Shown here: positions 8,701-18,517 of the stretch, piece after piece
Numbering within the stretch: the first letter of the stretch is position 1
How the letters are laid out: the number at the start of each line of letters is the position of its first letter
Origin: Candidatus Bipolaricaulia bacterium
GTDB lineage: Bacteria > Bipolaricaulota > Bipolaricaulia > RBG-16-55-9
Direction: 5' to 3'
DNA length: 48,280 bases
Assembly (NCBI GenBank): GCA_042219045.1
Contig: JBDGQO010000089.1
Location: forward strand, 1 to 48,280
The notes under the pieces: model-generated
What the model was told of the DNA's origin: nothing
Databases searched by the model: none
What the model saw: only the letters and a program-made list of their open reading frames with translations
Program-made: the position numbers and the translations under genes

Positions 8701-10437
8701 TCACTGTACGGGCGACGTCTGATTGTTGATAAACCCTTCGCTCTCCAGGTGCAAGAGCACTTGGTGGGCAGCCTCCTCGGCGGTCAGCTGTCCGGTGTCG
8801 ACGGTCACGTCTGGATTCTCCGGGGTCTCGTAGGGATCGTCGATGCCGGTGAAGTCGGTGATCACCCCGGCGCGGGCCTTGGCGTAGAGCCCCTTGCGGT
8901 CGCGTTCCTCGCAGACCTCCAGCGGGGTCGCCACGTGGACGAGCACGAAGCCGCCGTACTGGGCGATCATCTCGTGCACCTCCTGGCGCGTCGCCCGATA
9001 GGGCGCGATGGGCGCGCAGATGGCCACGCCGCGGTTCTTGGTGATCTCGCTCGCCACGAAGCCGATCCGCTTGATGTTGATATCGCGGTCGTGCTTGGAG
9101 AAGCCGAGCTCGCTCGACAGATGTTTTCGCACGAGGTCGCCGTCCAGCAGCGTCACCGGGCGGCCGCCGTCCTCCATCAGCTTCGCCATGAGGATCTGCG
9201 CGATCGTCGACTTGCCGGCGCCGGACAGGCCCGTGAAAAAGACCGTGAAGCCTTGGCGTGAGCGCGGCGGATAGACCTTGCGCAGTTCCTGGATGACTTC
9301 CGGGTAGGAGAACCAGTCGGGCACGTCGAGGCCTTCGCGCAACCGGCGCCGGAGCTCGGTGCCCGACAGCTTCAGGATCGTGGCGTCTTCCGGAATCTCG
9401 TCGCGCTCCATGAATTGGGCCCGTTCTTGAACGTAGGCGATCTCCGTGAACGTCACGGGCTCGACGCCGAGCTCCGTTGCGTGGGCGTCCACGAGCTCGC
9501 GCGCGGCGTCGGGCTCGTAAAACCCGTCGCCGTCCCGGGATTTGGGGCCGGCGTGGTCGCGCCCGACGATAAAGTGGCTGCAGCCGTGGTTTTTGCGAAT
9601 GATCGCGTGCCAGAGCGCTTCCCGCGGCCCGGCCATGCGCATCGCCAGCGGGAGGAGGCTGAGCATCGTCGTCTGGGGCGGGAACTGCTCCAGCACGCGC
9701 TGGTAGCAGCGCACGCGCACGAAGTAGTCGAGGTCGCCCGGGCTCGTCCGGCCGACGGCGGGATGGATCAACAAGTTGGCTTCGGCGCGGGCCGCGGCGC
9801 GCTTGGTGAGCTCGACGTGGGCCCGGTGCATGGGGTTGCGCGTCTGGAACCCCACGACGCGGCGCCACCCCAGCTTGCGGAACGTCTCGCGCAGCTCCGA
9901 CGGGGTGTGGCGCAGCGACTTGAACGTGTGGTGCGGCGGGTGTTCCACCCCCTCGACTGGCCCGCCCAGGTAGACCGGGTGCGTCTGATGCCGCAGGTAG
10001 AAGACGCCCGGGTGATCCTCGCGGTCGGTGCCGTAGACGGCCTCGGCTTCGGCCTCGCGGTCGGGGCGCCAGATATCCTCGACCGTCAGCACCGCCAGCG
10101 GCATGCCTTCCGGATGGCGCAGCGCAACCCGATCCCCTTCGGACACGCCCTCGGCAAACGCCTCGGGGACGTCGAGCGCAATGGGGACGGGCCAGAGCGT
10201 GTCGTCGGTCAGCCGCATGCGCTCGCAGACGGACGCGTAATCCGCCCGTGTCATGAACCCTCTCAAGGGGGAGAAAGCCCCATTGAGCAGCAGCTCCAGG
10301 TCCCAGACCTGCCGCTGGGTCAGGTCCCAGTCGGGCAACGCAACGATCGCCGCGGCCAGCTCCCGCGCACGCGCGTCGTCAACGATCAGCTCGGTCAGTT
10401 CGCCGCCATGGGGGGCGACGAGCTCAGCGGATGACAT
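8701..10437 (-). CDS. sat: Bifunctional sulfate adenylyltransferase / adenylylsulfate kinase
   Basis: GFQTRNPMHRAH, MRMAGPREA, HFIVGRDHAG, then the APS kinase P-loop FTGLSGAGKST, LLDGD, RDRKGLY. Confidence 0.96.
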   Translation of the reverse strand: MSSAELVAPHGGELTELIVDDARARELAAAIVALPDWDLTQRQVWDLELLLNGAFSPLRGFMTRADYASVCERMRLTDDTLWPVPIALDVPEAFAEGVSEGDRVALRHPEGMPLAVLTVEDIWRPDREAEAEAVYGTDREDHPGVFYLRHQTHPVYLGGPVEGVEHPPHHTFKSLRHTPSELRETFRKLGWRRVVGFQTRNPMHRAHVELTKRAAARAEANLLIHPAVGRTSPGDLDYFVRVRCYQRVLEQFPPQTTMLSLLPLAMRMAGPREALWHAIIRKNHGCSHFIVGRDHAGPKSRDGDGFYEPDAARELVDAHATELGVEPVTFTEIAYVQERAQFMERDEIPEDATILKLSGTELRRRLREGLDVPDWFSYPEVIQELRKVYPPRSRQGFTVFFTGLSGAGKSTIAQILMAKLMEDGGRPVTLLDGDLVRKHLSSELGFSKHDRDINIKRIGFVASEITKNRGVAICAPIAPYRATRQEVHEMIAQYGGFVLVHVATPLEVCEERDRKGLYAKARAGVITDFTGIDDPYETPENPDVTVDTGQLTAEEAAHQVLLHLESEGFINNQTSPVQ

Positions 10438-10539
10438 GGATACAGCCGTCCTTTCCGATTATGGGAGAGTAACTCGCCATGATAAGCGACGGCCAAGGAT
10501 GACCTCAAGTCAGGGGCACAGCGGTCCAGAAAGGGGGGA

Positions 10540-11178
10540 TCAGCCGTTCAGGATCGACTGGAGACAATCCCGTCCCGATGGCAGCGGCGACTGGAAGAGC
10601 CATTCGGCGTGGATCCAGAAGCCGGCCACGGCGTCGCTTTCGACGGGATCGCTCGCCAGCCTCTCGGTGTCGTATCGCTCGCGATCGCGTCGATGGACGA
10701 CCAACGCGGCCTCGGGCAGATCGACGGCCCAGTACTCGGGCACGCCGGCCCGGGCGTACTCCTCGGCCTTCTCCGCCAGATCCATGCGGCGCGTGGAGGG
10801 GCTGGTGACTTCAATGACGAGCGACGGCGTGATCGCCAGCGGCGTGCCGGTCGCTCGCTCCGCGTCCTCGGGGGCAACGACGAAGAGATCGGGCTCCCGG
10901 GTGACCTCGGGCAGCAGATCGACAGCGGTCGGTCCGGTCAGGACCATTCCGCCGTTCTGTGTCTCCAGATATTCAGCCAATAACCGATACAGAAATCCGA
11001 CGACCCGTTGATGTTCAGCCGTCGCCGGCGAGTGCATAATTACCTCTCCTCCGACGAACTCCCACATTTGGTTGTCCGGCGCCTCGCGCAGATAGCGCTC
11101 GCGCGTCCAGCCGCCCACGCGAATCAGATAGGGCTCGTTCAGTTGGCGCTTGCGTTCGTCAACGGCCTGGATCCTCAT
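10540..11178 (-). CDS. Uma2 family (PD-(D/E)xK) endonuclease
   Basis: EFVGGEVIMHSP...HQ, REPDLFVV, LVIEVTSPST, EKAEEYARAGVPEYWAVD. Confidence 0.9.
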   Translation of the reverse strand: MRIQAVDERKRQLNEPYLIRVGGWTRERYLREAPDNQMWEFVGGEVIMHSPATAEHQRVVGFLYRLLAEYLETQNGGMVLTGPTAVDLLPEVTREPDLFVVAPEDAERATGTPLAITPSLVIEVTSPSTRRMDLAEKAEEYARAGVPEYWAVDLPEAALVVHRRDRERYDTERLASDPVESDAVAGFWIHAEWLFQSPLPSGRDCLQSILNG

Positions 11179-11220
11179 GACGTCACCCCAAGCCATTGTG
11201 CCCGGATCCGGCAGGCGCTG

Positions 11221-12597
11221 CTAACTCCGCCAGGGCTCGTCGACGCCCTCGGGCAGCGGCTGGTCTCGAAGCCGCAGACAGGTCGAGGCCAACTGCGACA
11301 GCCGTGGCCGGCCCAGTTGGCCCTGGAGATCGGGCACGTTGGCGGCCACGAGCACGCCGTCGGGCGCATGGTTCGCGCCGTCGGGGCCCGTGTCGTTCTG
11401 GCGGGTCCAGACCGTGTCGTGGCCGACGCTTCCCACCGATCGCCAATGGAGATCGCCGAACAGCGCAATCAGATCGGGCGGAATGCCGTTGATCTCCCCG
11501 TAGAGATCCTCGGGCCGATGGACGCGCGTGCCGATGGGGCTTCCCCCCTCGTCGCCGAGTGTCTCCAGTTTGTTGATCAACTCGTCCTTGAGCGACTCGG
11601 CTTCATCGGGTGGGACAGTTCCTTGGGGCTCGCGGCCCTGGACGTTGAGAAAGATCCGCCCGTAATAGCCGCCCTCGCCCCAGGCCAGCGTGTTGGGCCA
11701 GTCGATCGTCGCGTCCGCCAGCGAGGCCGGCGCGTCGGGATGGCGCTCGAGGGCGAGATATCCCTCGTGGCGCAGCCACTCGTTGATGGCGATGCCACCG
11801 TCCATGCGCTTGGCGCCGTGGTCGGAGACGATCAGCACCGCCGCGTCGTCGGGGACGCGATCGAGAAACGCGGCCAGTTGGTCGTCCAGGAATTGATAAT
11901 ACCCGCGCATGGCGTTCTCGAGGGAATTGCCCGGCTCATACAGGACGTGATCGGGATCGGCGTACTGCCAGAAGGCGTGATGGAGCCGATCCGGGCCCAT
12001 GTCGACGGTCATGAAAAACTCCCACGGCTTGGTCGTCATCAGATGGGTCGCGACCTGGAAGCGCTGGGCCGTCAGGCGATGGATCCGATCCAAGAGCTCA
12101 TGCCGGTCCGCTTGCCGGAAGTTGGGGACGTCGAACCAATACTCGCCGACGGCCCCCTCGATTTCGGAGCCGAGCGAGTCGGGATGCGTGAAGGAACTGT
12201 CCGTGCCGGGCGTCAGAAAGCAGGAGACCGAATGCCCGTTGAAGGGCTTGGGCGGATAGCCCGGCGGCACCCCAATCACAATCGACGGTTCGCCCACCTC
12301 GCTCAGGCGATCCCAGACCGTCGGGGCCTTGACGTCCAGCGAGGTCGTGATCCCGAGCGGCTGATAGCTGAAATCCCGTCGATTCCGCAGGCCGTAGACG
12401 CCCAGTTCCCCGGGCGTCCTGCCCGTGACCGAGCAAGCCCAAGCGGGGACGGTGATCGGCGGGGTGACGCTGCGCAGACGTCCATACGCTCCCTCGCGGG
12501 CGAGGCCGTTGAGCGTCGGCATGGCATCCGCGTACTGCTCAAACGCCAGTTGGGGTGTGAGACAGTCGAGGCCGATTACGACGACGGGTTGCGCCAA
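11221..12597 (-). CDS. Alkaline phosphatase superfamily protein (type I phosphodiesterase/nucleotide pyrophosphatase-like)
   Basis: VIGLD, PPITVPAW (putative Thr nucleophile), DRLHH, VSDHG, GANH. Confidence 0.88.
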   Translation of the reverse strand: MAQPVVVIGLDCLTPQLAFEQYADAMPTLNGLAREGAYGRLRSVTPPITVPAWACSVTGRTPGELGVYGLRNRRDFSYQPLGITTSLDVKAPTVWDRLSEVGEPSIVIGVPPGYPPKPFNGHSVSCFLTPGTDSSFTHPDSLGSEIEGAVGEYWFDVPNFRQADRHELLDRIHRLTAQRFQVATHLMTTKPWEFFMTVDMGPDRLHHAFWQYADPDHVLYEPGNSLENAMRGYYQFLDDQLAAFLDRVPDDAAVLIVSDHGAKRMDGGIAINEWLRHEGYLALERHPDAPASLADATIDWPNTLAWGEGGYYGRIFLNVQGREPQGTVPPDEAESLKDELINKLETLGDEGGSPIGTRVHRPEDLYGEINGIPPDLIALFGDLHWRSVGSVGHDTVWTRQNDTGPDGANHAPDGVLVAANVPDLQGQLGRPRLSQLASTCLRLRDQPLPEGVDEPWRS

Positions 12598-12613
12598 AGG
12601 GAAAGTTCAGCTC

Positions 12614-13213
12614 CTAGGGGGTCGAGACCAGCTCATCGACGGCCGCTTCGAACTCAGGCAAGAGCGGCGAATCGACCGTGTCGCCGGACACGAACTTGTC
12701 GTGAGGCTCAAACGTCCGTCCCTTGAGCCCATAGACTTCGACGGTCGGTCCATAAGGGTCGACGATCCAGTACTCGCGCACGCCGGCTTGCGCGTATTCG
12801 GCAACCTTGTCGCCGCGATCGGTATCGCGTGTGCCCGCCGAGAGCACCTCGACGACGAGATCCGGCACGCCGCATTGCTGCTCGCCGATCCGATCTTCGT
12901 GCTCTTTCGCGATGAAGAAGACGTCGGGCTCGCGGATCTTGTCCGGCCAGAGACGAACGGGAAGCGGAGCAACGCGGACCTCGCCCAGGCCTCGTTCGCG
13001 CACAAACTCCCTCAAACGGACGGCCAGCTCCAAAACCGTCACTTGATGACGATCTGTCGGATGCGGCGGCATGATCAACTCCCCTTCCGACAGCTCCATG
13101 TGGTGGTTGCTATCGGGGAGCGCGAAGAATGCCTGCTCGGTCCATTCCCCCTGCCGCGGGAAGAGATGGGCAACTTTCGTGGTCAGCTCCCGGTCTTGCG
13201 TTTCCGTGCCCAT
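12614..13213 (-). CDS. Uma2 family endonuclease
   Basis: ELSEGELIM, REPDVFF, PDLVVEVLS, KVAEYAQAGVREYWIVDP. Confidence 0.9.
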   Translation of the reverse strand: MGTETQDRELTTKVAHLFPRQGEWTEQAFFALPDSNHHMELSEGELIMPPHPTDRHQVTVLELAVRLREFVRERGLGEVRVAPLPVRLWPDKIREPDVFFIAKEHEDRIGEQQCGVPDLVVEVLSAGTRDTDRGDKVAEYAQAGVREYWIVDPYGPTVEVYGLKGRTFEPHDKFVSGDTVDSPLLPEFEAAVDELVSTP

Positions 13214-13251
13214 GTCGCTCCAAGCTTAGCTGAGGAGGCAACCCTTCTCAA

Positions 13252-14724
13252 TCAGCTCCACAGCTCCCGCTCGCCGCGGGCCACCTTGACGCCCTCGTTG
13301 ATCAGCTCGGTCACCTTCTGCGGGTCGTCCATCTCGCAGTAGACGCGCAGCACGGGCTCGGTCCCCGAGGCCCGGAAGAGAAGCCAGCCGTCGTCGAAGC
13401 GCAGTTTCAATCCATCAAGGGTCTCGATCTCGCGCACGGGGCGGCCCGCGAATGTCTCCGGCCGGGCGTCGGCGATGCGCTCCACGGCCTCGAGGCGTTC
13501 CTCCAGGTGGAGATCGTGACGCTGGAAGTGATGGGCCCCGACCTCGGCCATGAGCGCATCGACAAGCCGGCTGACCAACTTGCCCTCGCGCGCGACGGCC
13601 TCCAAGAGCAACAGCCCGATCAGCACGCCGTCGCGCTCGGGGATGTGGCCCTTGACCGCGATGCCGCCGCTCTCCTCGCCGCCGATCAGGACGTCCTCGG
13701 TCAAGAGCTTCTCGGAGATGTGCTTGAAGCCGACGGGCACCTCGTCGATGGGCATGTCGTGCCCAGCCGCCAGCTTGGCCGCCATGTCGGTCAGCGTGAA
13801 GCTCTTCACGGCGCGACCGCTCAAGCCCTTCTGGAGCAGATGGCGGAACAGCAGCGCATAGCAACGATGCGGGTCGACGTAATGGCCGTGCTCGTCGGCC
13901 GCGGCGACCCGATCGCCGTCGCCGTCGGTGACAAGCCCCACCAGCAGCCGGTTGTCGCGACGGCGGGCTTTCTCAGCCGCGACGACCGCCTTCAGCGGCG
14001 TCACGTAGCGCTCGACCGGCTCCGGCGGCGTCCCGCCGAACTCCGGATTCCGCTCGTGACGCACCTGGACGTAGGGGATCTGCAGGTCCTCCAACAGCGC
14101 GGCGACGTAGCCGCGCGCCGAGCCGTGCATCGCGTCGACGACGACGCGCAAGGGGGCCTTTTGCAACAGTCGGATGTCGATCAGCTGCGCCAGGCGTTGG
14201 AGGTAGGGCGTCCGGACGTCGACCTCGTCGGGCATCCCCGCCTCGTCAACTTCCGGGACGTCGTTGGGCAAGAACTGCTCCACGAGGCCGGTGATCTCCG
14301 GGCCGGCCGCCCCGCCCAGCTCGGTCTTGATCTTGACCCCAAGGTAGTCGGGCGGGTTGTGACTGGCCGTCACCATGAGCCCGAGCGCGGCGTTCCGCTG
14401 CACGACGCCGTGGGCGACCACCGGTGTCGGGACCGCGTCGGGCGTGACCCACGCCGGGATGCCCCGTTGGTTGAGCACGCGGGCCAAATGAATTGCGAAC
14501 GCGCGCGCCTGGAAGCGCATGTCATAGCCGACGACGACGCCCTGCTGCCAGTCCGTCGGCGTGGCGTTCCAACGCTTGTAAGCATCGAGATCTTGGCGCT
14601 CTTGGCTTTTCAGGTATCGAGCGACGGCCTCGCCGACGCGCGCCACGTTGTCGTAGGTGAACTCGCGCGCGATGACGCCGCGCCAGCCGTCGGTGCCAAA
14701 GTGGATGCTTTCCATTTGATCCAT
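13252..14724 (-). CDS. Phosphoglucomutase/phosphomannomutase family protein
   Basis: FGTDGWRG, TASHNP (phosphoserine), DGDGDR, GEESG, RASGTEP. Start set at ATG 14724. Confidence 0.95.
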   Translation of the reverse strand: MDQMESIHFGTDGWRGVIAREFTYDNVARVGEAVARYLKSQERQDLDAYKRWNATPTDWQQGVVVGYDMRFQARAFAIHLARVLNQRGIPAWVTPDAVPTPVVAHGVVQRNAALGLMVTASHNPPDYLGVKIKTELGGAAGPEITGLVEQFLPNDVPEVDEAGMPDEVDVRTPYLQRLAQLIDIRLLQKAPLRVVVDAMHGSARGYVAALLEDLQIPYVQVRHERNPEFGGTPPEPVERYVTPLKAVVAAEKARRRDNRLLVGLVTDGDGDRVAAADEHGHYVDPHRCYALLFRHLLQKGLSGRAVKSFTLTDMAAKLAAGHDMPIDEVPVGFKHISEKLLTEDVLIGGEESGGIAVKGHIPERDGVLIGLLLLEAVAREGKLVSRLVDALMAEVGAHHFQRHDLHLEERLEAVERIADARPETFAGRPVREIETLDGLKLRFDDGWLLFRASGTEPVLRVYCEMDDPQKVTELINEGVKVARGERELWS

Positions 14725-14725
14725 G

Positions 14726-15334
14726 TTAGATGAGGCCCAATCGTTGGAGTGTGTCAATGACCGGTGGCAATGGCTCAGACCAGAGCCAGGAGACGTCGAT
14801 CCAGAACCCCGCTAAAACCGTCGAGCGATAAAGGCCCTCGTCGTCCGGCCGTTGGCGCTCGTAGCGATCGTCGTTGCCCAGCACGAAGAAGTCGGCCCGT
14901 TCCTGTTCGGGATCGATGAGCCAATACTCGCGGACGCCGGCCATCTCGTACTCCGCAAACTTTTCGCCGCGGTCACGCAGGCGGCTCTCGGGCGAGATGA
15001 TCTCCACGACGAGATCGGCGGGGCCGTCCAGAAAGGTCTCGTTGAGCAAGCGCTCGCGGTCCCGGACGACAAAGAGGAGATCCGGTTCGCGTCCCGACAG
15101 CTCAGGGCCGAGCTTCATCTGAAAGGGAGCCGGTCGTAGCGTGCCTGCATCATGGCGCTCGACAAAGGCACTGATCACCACCGTCAGGAATCGCGCCAGA
15201 TCTTGATGCCGATCCGAAGCCGGTGTCAACAAAGCCACCTCACCATCCACCCACTCGGCCCAGGTGTCCTCGTCGCACCACTCGAGGAACTCCGCGTAGG
15301 TGAGCTTCGTCGGCACGTCAGCGCGTTGGGCCAT
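14726..15334 (-). CDS. Uma2 family endonuclease
   Basis: EWVDGEV, REPDLLFV, DLVVEIISPES, KFAEYEMAGVREYWLIDP. Confidence 0.9.
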   Translation of the reverse strand: MAQRADVPTKLTYAEFLEWCDEDTWAEWVDGEVALLTPASDRHQDLARFLTVVISAFVERHDAGTLRPAPFQMKLGPELSGREPDLLFVVRDRERLLNETFLDGPADLVVEIISPESRLRDRGEKFAEYEMAGVREYWLIDPEQERADFFVLGNDDRYERQRPDDEGLYRSTVLAGFWIDVSWLWSEPLPPVIDTLQRLGLI

Positions 15335-15400
15335 GGGACGATCGCCTCCAAATGCAGGCTACTCGGGCCAAGCTCGCATGTCAACGGGCACCGACGCGGT

Positions 15401-16468
15401 TCAGAGGTAGGCATCCTGGCCGCTGGCCTCGAGCGCCTCGACAATCGCTTTGACCTCCTGCGCTCGCTCCTTGGGGCAGACGAGCACGGCATCGTCGGTA
15501 GCCACCACCACGACGTCACGCATCCCCACCGTCGCCAGCAGCCCCCGCTCGCTCACGAGCACGGCGTCGTGCGTATCGAGCGCCACGACCTCGCCCTGCG
15601 TCACGTTGCCGCGGTCGTCACCATCGATAAGCTCGCCCAGCGCCGACCATGAGCCGACGTCGCTCCAGCCGAAGTCGCCCAACACGACCGCGCGGTTCTC
15701 CGCGCTTTCCATGATGCCGTAGTCGATGGAGATGTCGGGGAACGCCTCGTAGACGCGGCGCACCGCCTCGGGATCGAAGTCGGCCCGCTCGATCTCCGTC
15801 AAGCCCTCATGGACCTCGGGCAAATGCTCGCGAAACGCGGCCATGAGCGTCCCGACGCGCCAGATGAACAGGCCCCCGTTCCACATAAAGTTGCCGGATT
15901 CCACGTAGGCCTCGGCCGTGGCCCGGTCCGGCTTCTCCACGAACCGTGACACCCGATGGACGCCGGGATAATCCGGCTCTTCGAGCGGCTCGCCGACGTC
16001 GATGTAGCCGTAGCCGGTCTCGGGATAGCGGGGCCGAATGCCGATCGTGACCAGATGGCCCTGGGCCGCGACGTCCTTGGCGATCATGAGCGTTTTCAAA
16101 AATCCATCCACGTCGGCGACGTAGTGATCCGCCGGCAGCATGGCGAAGACGGCGTCGTCCCCCGAGACACGCTGGAGATGGAGCGCCGCCAACCCCACGG
16201 CCGGGGCGGTATTGCGCGAGGCCGGCTCGGTCAGGACCCGCTCGGCGTCGAGATCGACGTGACGGCGGACGCCCTCCACTTGGTCTTGATGGGTGACGAC
16301 CCAGAGCTGATCGCGTTTGACCAGCCCCTCCAGGCGATCGATCGTCAGCGCAATGAGCGGTTTATCGCCGAGAATGTCCAACAGTTGCTTGGGGCGCTCG
16401 CGCCGGCTCTTGGGCCAGAACCGCGTGCCCCCGCCACCGGCCAGGATCACCGCATGGAACGCGCTCAT
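15401..16468 (-). CDS. manC: Mannose-1-phosphate guanylyltransferase
   Basis: ILAGGGGTRFWPKSR..PKQ, RNTAPA, PADH, ETGYGYI, FVEKP, SIDYGIME, WSDVGSW. Confidence 0.93.
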   Translation of the reverse strand: MSAFHAVILAGGGGTRFWPKSRRERPKQLLDILGDKPLIALTIDRLEGLVKRDQLWVVTHQDQVEGVRRHVDLDAERVLTEPASRNTAPAVGLAALHLQRVSGDDAVFAMLPADHYVADVDGFLKTLMIAKDVAAQGHLVTIGIRPRYPETGYGYIDVGEPLEEPDYPGVHRVSRFVEKPDRATAEAYVESGNFMWNGGLFIWRVGTLMAAFREHLPEVHEGLTEIERADFDPEAVRRVYEAFPDISIDYGIMESAENRAVVLGDFGWSDVGSWSALGELIDGDDRGNVTQGEVVALDTHDAVLVSERGLLATVGMRDVVVVATDDAVLVCPKERAQEVKAIVEALEASGQDAYL

Positions 16469-16469
16469 G

Positions 16470-17522
16470 TCAAAACGCCTCCGCCATCTTGGCTTTGAAC
16501 CGCTCGATCAGCGCCACGGGCGTGGGGTCGACCTCGCGCAGCATGGCCCGATAGTAGCTCACCCAGTCGCCCAGGACGATGAGCCCCAGCATTCGCGCCA
16601 TCAGGGTCTCGCCCGACAGCTGGACCTCGCGGACCTGGAGCCCACGGTCTCGGAGCATGTCCGCCGTGATCTCCAATCGGCGCGCAACCGACGAGGCCTC
16701 GTCGGCATCGCGCAACAGCACGTAGCTGGCACGATCTGCGAGGTCGTCGCCCTCCCAGCCCATGAGCTCGTTGTGGTTGAGCTCGGGAACGACGTCCCAA
16801 TAAGCAGGCGACTTGGCGTTCTCATTCAGCTGCGTCTTCCAGCGACGGGCCACGGGCTCCGTCAGTCCTGCGCTGCCGTAGCACACGGGGATGGCGCCCT
16901 CCAGGTCGCGGGCCAGCTGCTTGGCTCGGTTCGCGTCGTGGGGCGATTCGTCGAGCTCCGCAACAAGCGAACGGATGAGGGGCAATGCGGCATCGATGTC
17001 GGCAGCGACGTCCCGGTCGATATGGGGAGCTAGGCTGCGCAATAAGGGCGCGAGCAGATATCCCAAGGACGCCCGCGGCGGCTGATCGCCCGGAACCAAT
17101 ATCAAGGGGACGTCGGCCGATCGCGCGAGCTCGGCCAGTTGCCCGCCGGAAGTGATCGCCAGCATCGCACACCCGCGCTTCCGCGCTTGCCGTGCACACG
17201 CCAACGTCTCCTCGGTGTTGCCGCTGTAGCTGACCATGATCGCGAGCGTGCGGTCGTCCACCCAGGGCGGCAGCGCGTAACCCCGCACCGTGACCACGGG
17301 TCGGGCGACGCCCCACTGCCCCCATAGCGTCGCCAGCAGATCGCCGCCGATGGCGGACCCGCCCATGCCGCAGACGACAATCCGATCGATTGCGTCCAGC
17401 GACGGAACGTCGGCTTGCCACTCCCCAGCCTCGTCGATCTGATCCGGGAATGCCCTCAACAGCGCTCGCATGTCGGCGCGGTCGATCCGGGCCAGGGCGG
17501 CTCGATCGTCCAGGTCGATCAT
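16470..17522 (-). CDS. Bifunctional phosphoglucose/phosphomannose isomerase (SIS type)
   Basis: GMGGSAIGG, SYSGNTEET, PPRAS, RWKTQLNENAK, PELNHNE, VDPTPV. Confidence 0.92.
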   Translation of the reverse strand: MIDLDDRAALARIDRADMRALLRAFPDQIDEAGEWQADVPSLDAIDRIVVCGMGGSAIGGDLLATLWGQWGVARPVVTVRGYALPPWVDDRTLAIMVSYSGNTEETLACARQARKRGCAMLAITSGGQLAELARSADVPLILVPGDQPPRASLGYLLAPLLRSLAPHIDRDVAADIDAALPLIRSLVAELDESPHDANRAKQLARDLEGAIPVCYGSAGLTEPVARRWKTQLNENAKSPAYWDVVPELNHNELMGWEGDDLADRASYVLLRDADEASSVARRLEITADMLRDRGLQVREVQLSGETLMARMLGLIVLGDWVSYYRAMLREVDPTPVALIERFKAKMAEAF

Positions 17523-18508
17523 GCCTCGGTCTCTTGCTCGGTCTCGGTTTGCCGTCGCGCGGTGAGCGGCTCGCTCTGCAGATAATGGACGAAGAACGCC
17601 AACAGCAGCCCGATGAACAACCCCAAAACCCCCGCAATCGCGATGTTGAGCCGTCGATTGGGACCGACGGGCGTATCCGAACTCTGCGGGGCCTGGGCCA
17701 CCGACACCGGCGACCAGTCGGCCTCCCGGATGCGCTCGTACTGCCGCTTCATCAGCGCCAGTTCCTGGAGCTGGGTCTCCAATTCCAGCAGCCGTTGCTC
17801 GTACGCCGATCCCGGCTCCGGCTGCGGGGTATCCGCGCTCGAGTTCAGTCGAGCCATTTGGCCCTGGATGACCTGGAGTTGCGACGTCATCGCCAGCAGG
17901 GTCGCCTGTCGAGATAGCGACGATTCGTTGGATGCGGAGTCGGACGAGTTGCTCATAAGCCGATCGAGCTGTTCCACGATCCGATCGCGTTGGGCCTGGA
18001 GCGCCTCGAGGCGTGCCGTCTCGCGCTGACGGATCCGTTCCACGAGCGACGACCGCTGGTCCCTCACGAACTCGATCTCACTGCCAAGCGTGCTGAGACG
18101 ATCGGTCACGTGGGTCTCCATCTGATCCTGGAGAAAGCTTCGGACGGAGTCGATCGTTTCTTGGAGTTGATTTGCCAAATCGCTCGGCGTCGACGTCCCG
18201 GTCACCTGCAGGCGAATCAGGTCGGAACCGTTCAGCTTCTCGGCACTGGCACTGCCCATCGACTCGACGACCGAGATAAATCCAGCGGTATCCGGCAATC
18301 CGAGCGAAAAATTTTCTGCTCCGGTCGCAGCACTGACAACTGGAGACGACTGATAGTCCACCAACGCGCTCGCCCGATATTCGTTCGGCAGCGTGTAGGA
18401 GTAAGCCGCCGCCGCGACGAGCGCGGCGATCAACACGCCGACGATGATCCACTTCCGCTCCCAGATGACGATCAGATAGTCGCGCAGATCGACTTCATAC
18501 TCGTCCAT
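17519..18508 (-). CDS. Wzz/polysaccharide co-polymerase (chain-length determinant) family protein
   Basis: EVDLRDYL..IWERKWII plus TM1, a coiled-coil middle, and a Pro-rich PVGPNRRL plus TM2 with GVLGLFIG. Confidence 0.85.
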   Translation of the reverse strand: MDEYEVDLRDYLIVIWERKWIIVGVLIAALVAAAAYSYTLPNEYRASALVDYQSSPVVSAATGAENFSLGLPDTAGFISVVESMGSASAEKLNGSDLIRLQVTGTSTPSDLANQLQETIDSVRSFLQDQMETHVTDRLSTLGSEIEFVRDQRSSLVERIRQRETARLEALQAQRDRIVEQLDRLMSNSSDSASNESSLSRQATLLAMTSQLQVIQGQMARLNSSADTPQPEPGSAYEQRLLELETQLQELALMKRQYERIREADWSPVSVAQAPQSSDTPVGPNRRLNIAIAGVLGLFIGLLLAFFVHYLQSEPLTARRQTETEQETEA

Positions 18509-18517
18509 GACGGGCTC

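Noticed and set aside
11008..12726. 572 aa plus-strand ORF (also 13507-14733, 19841-21418, 9415-10434)
   Set aside because: They lie antisense to recognisable enzymes and have no domain signatures.
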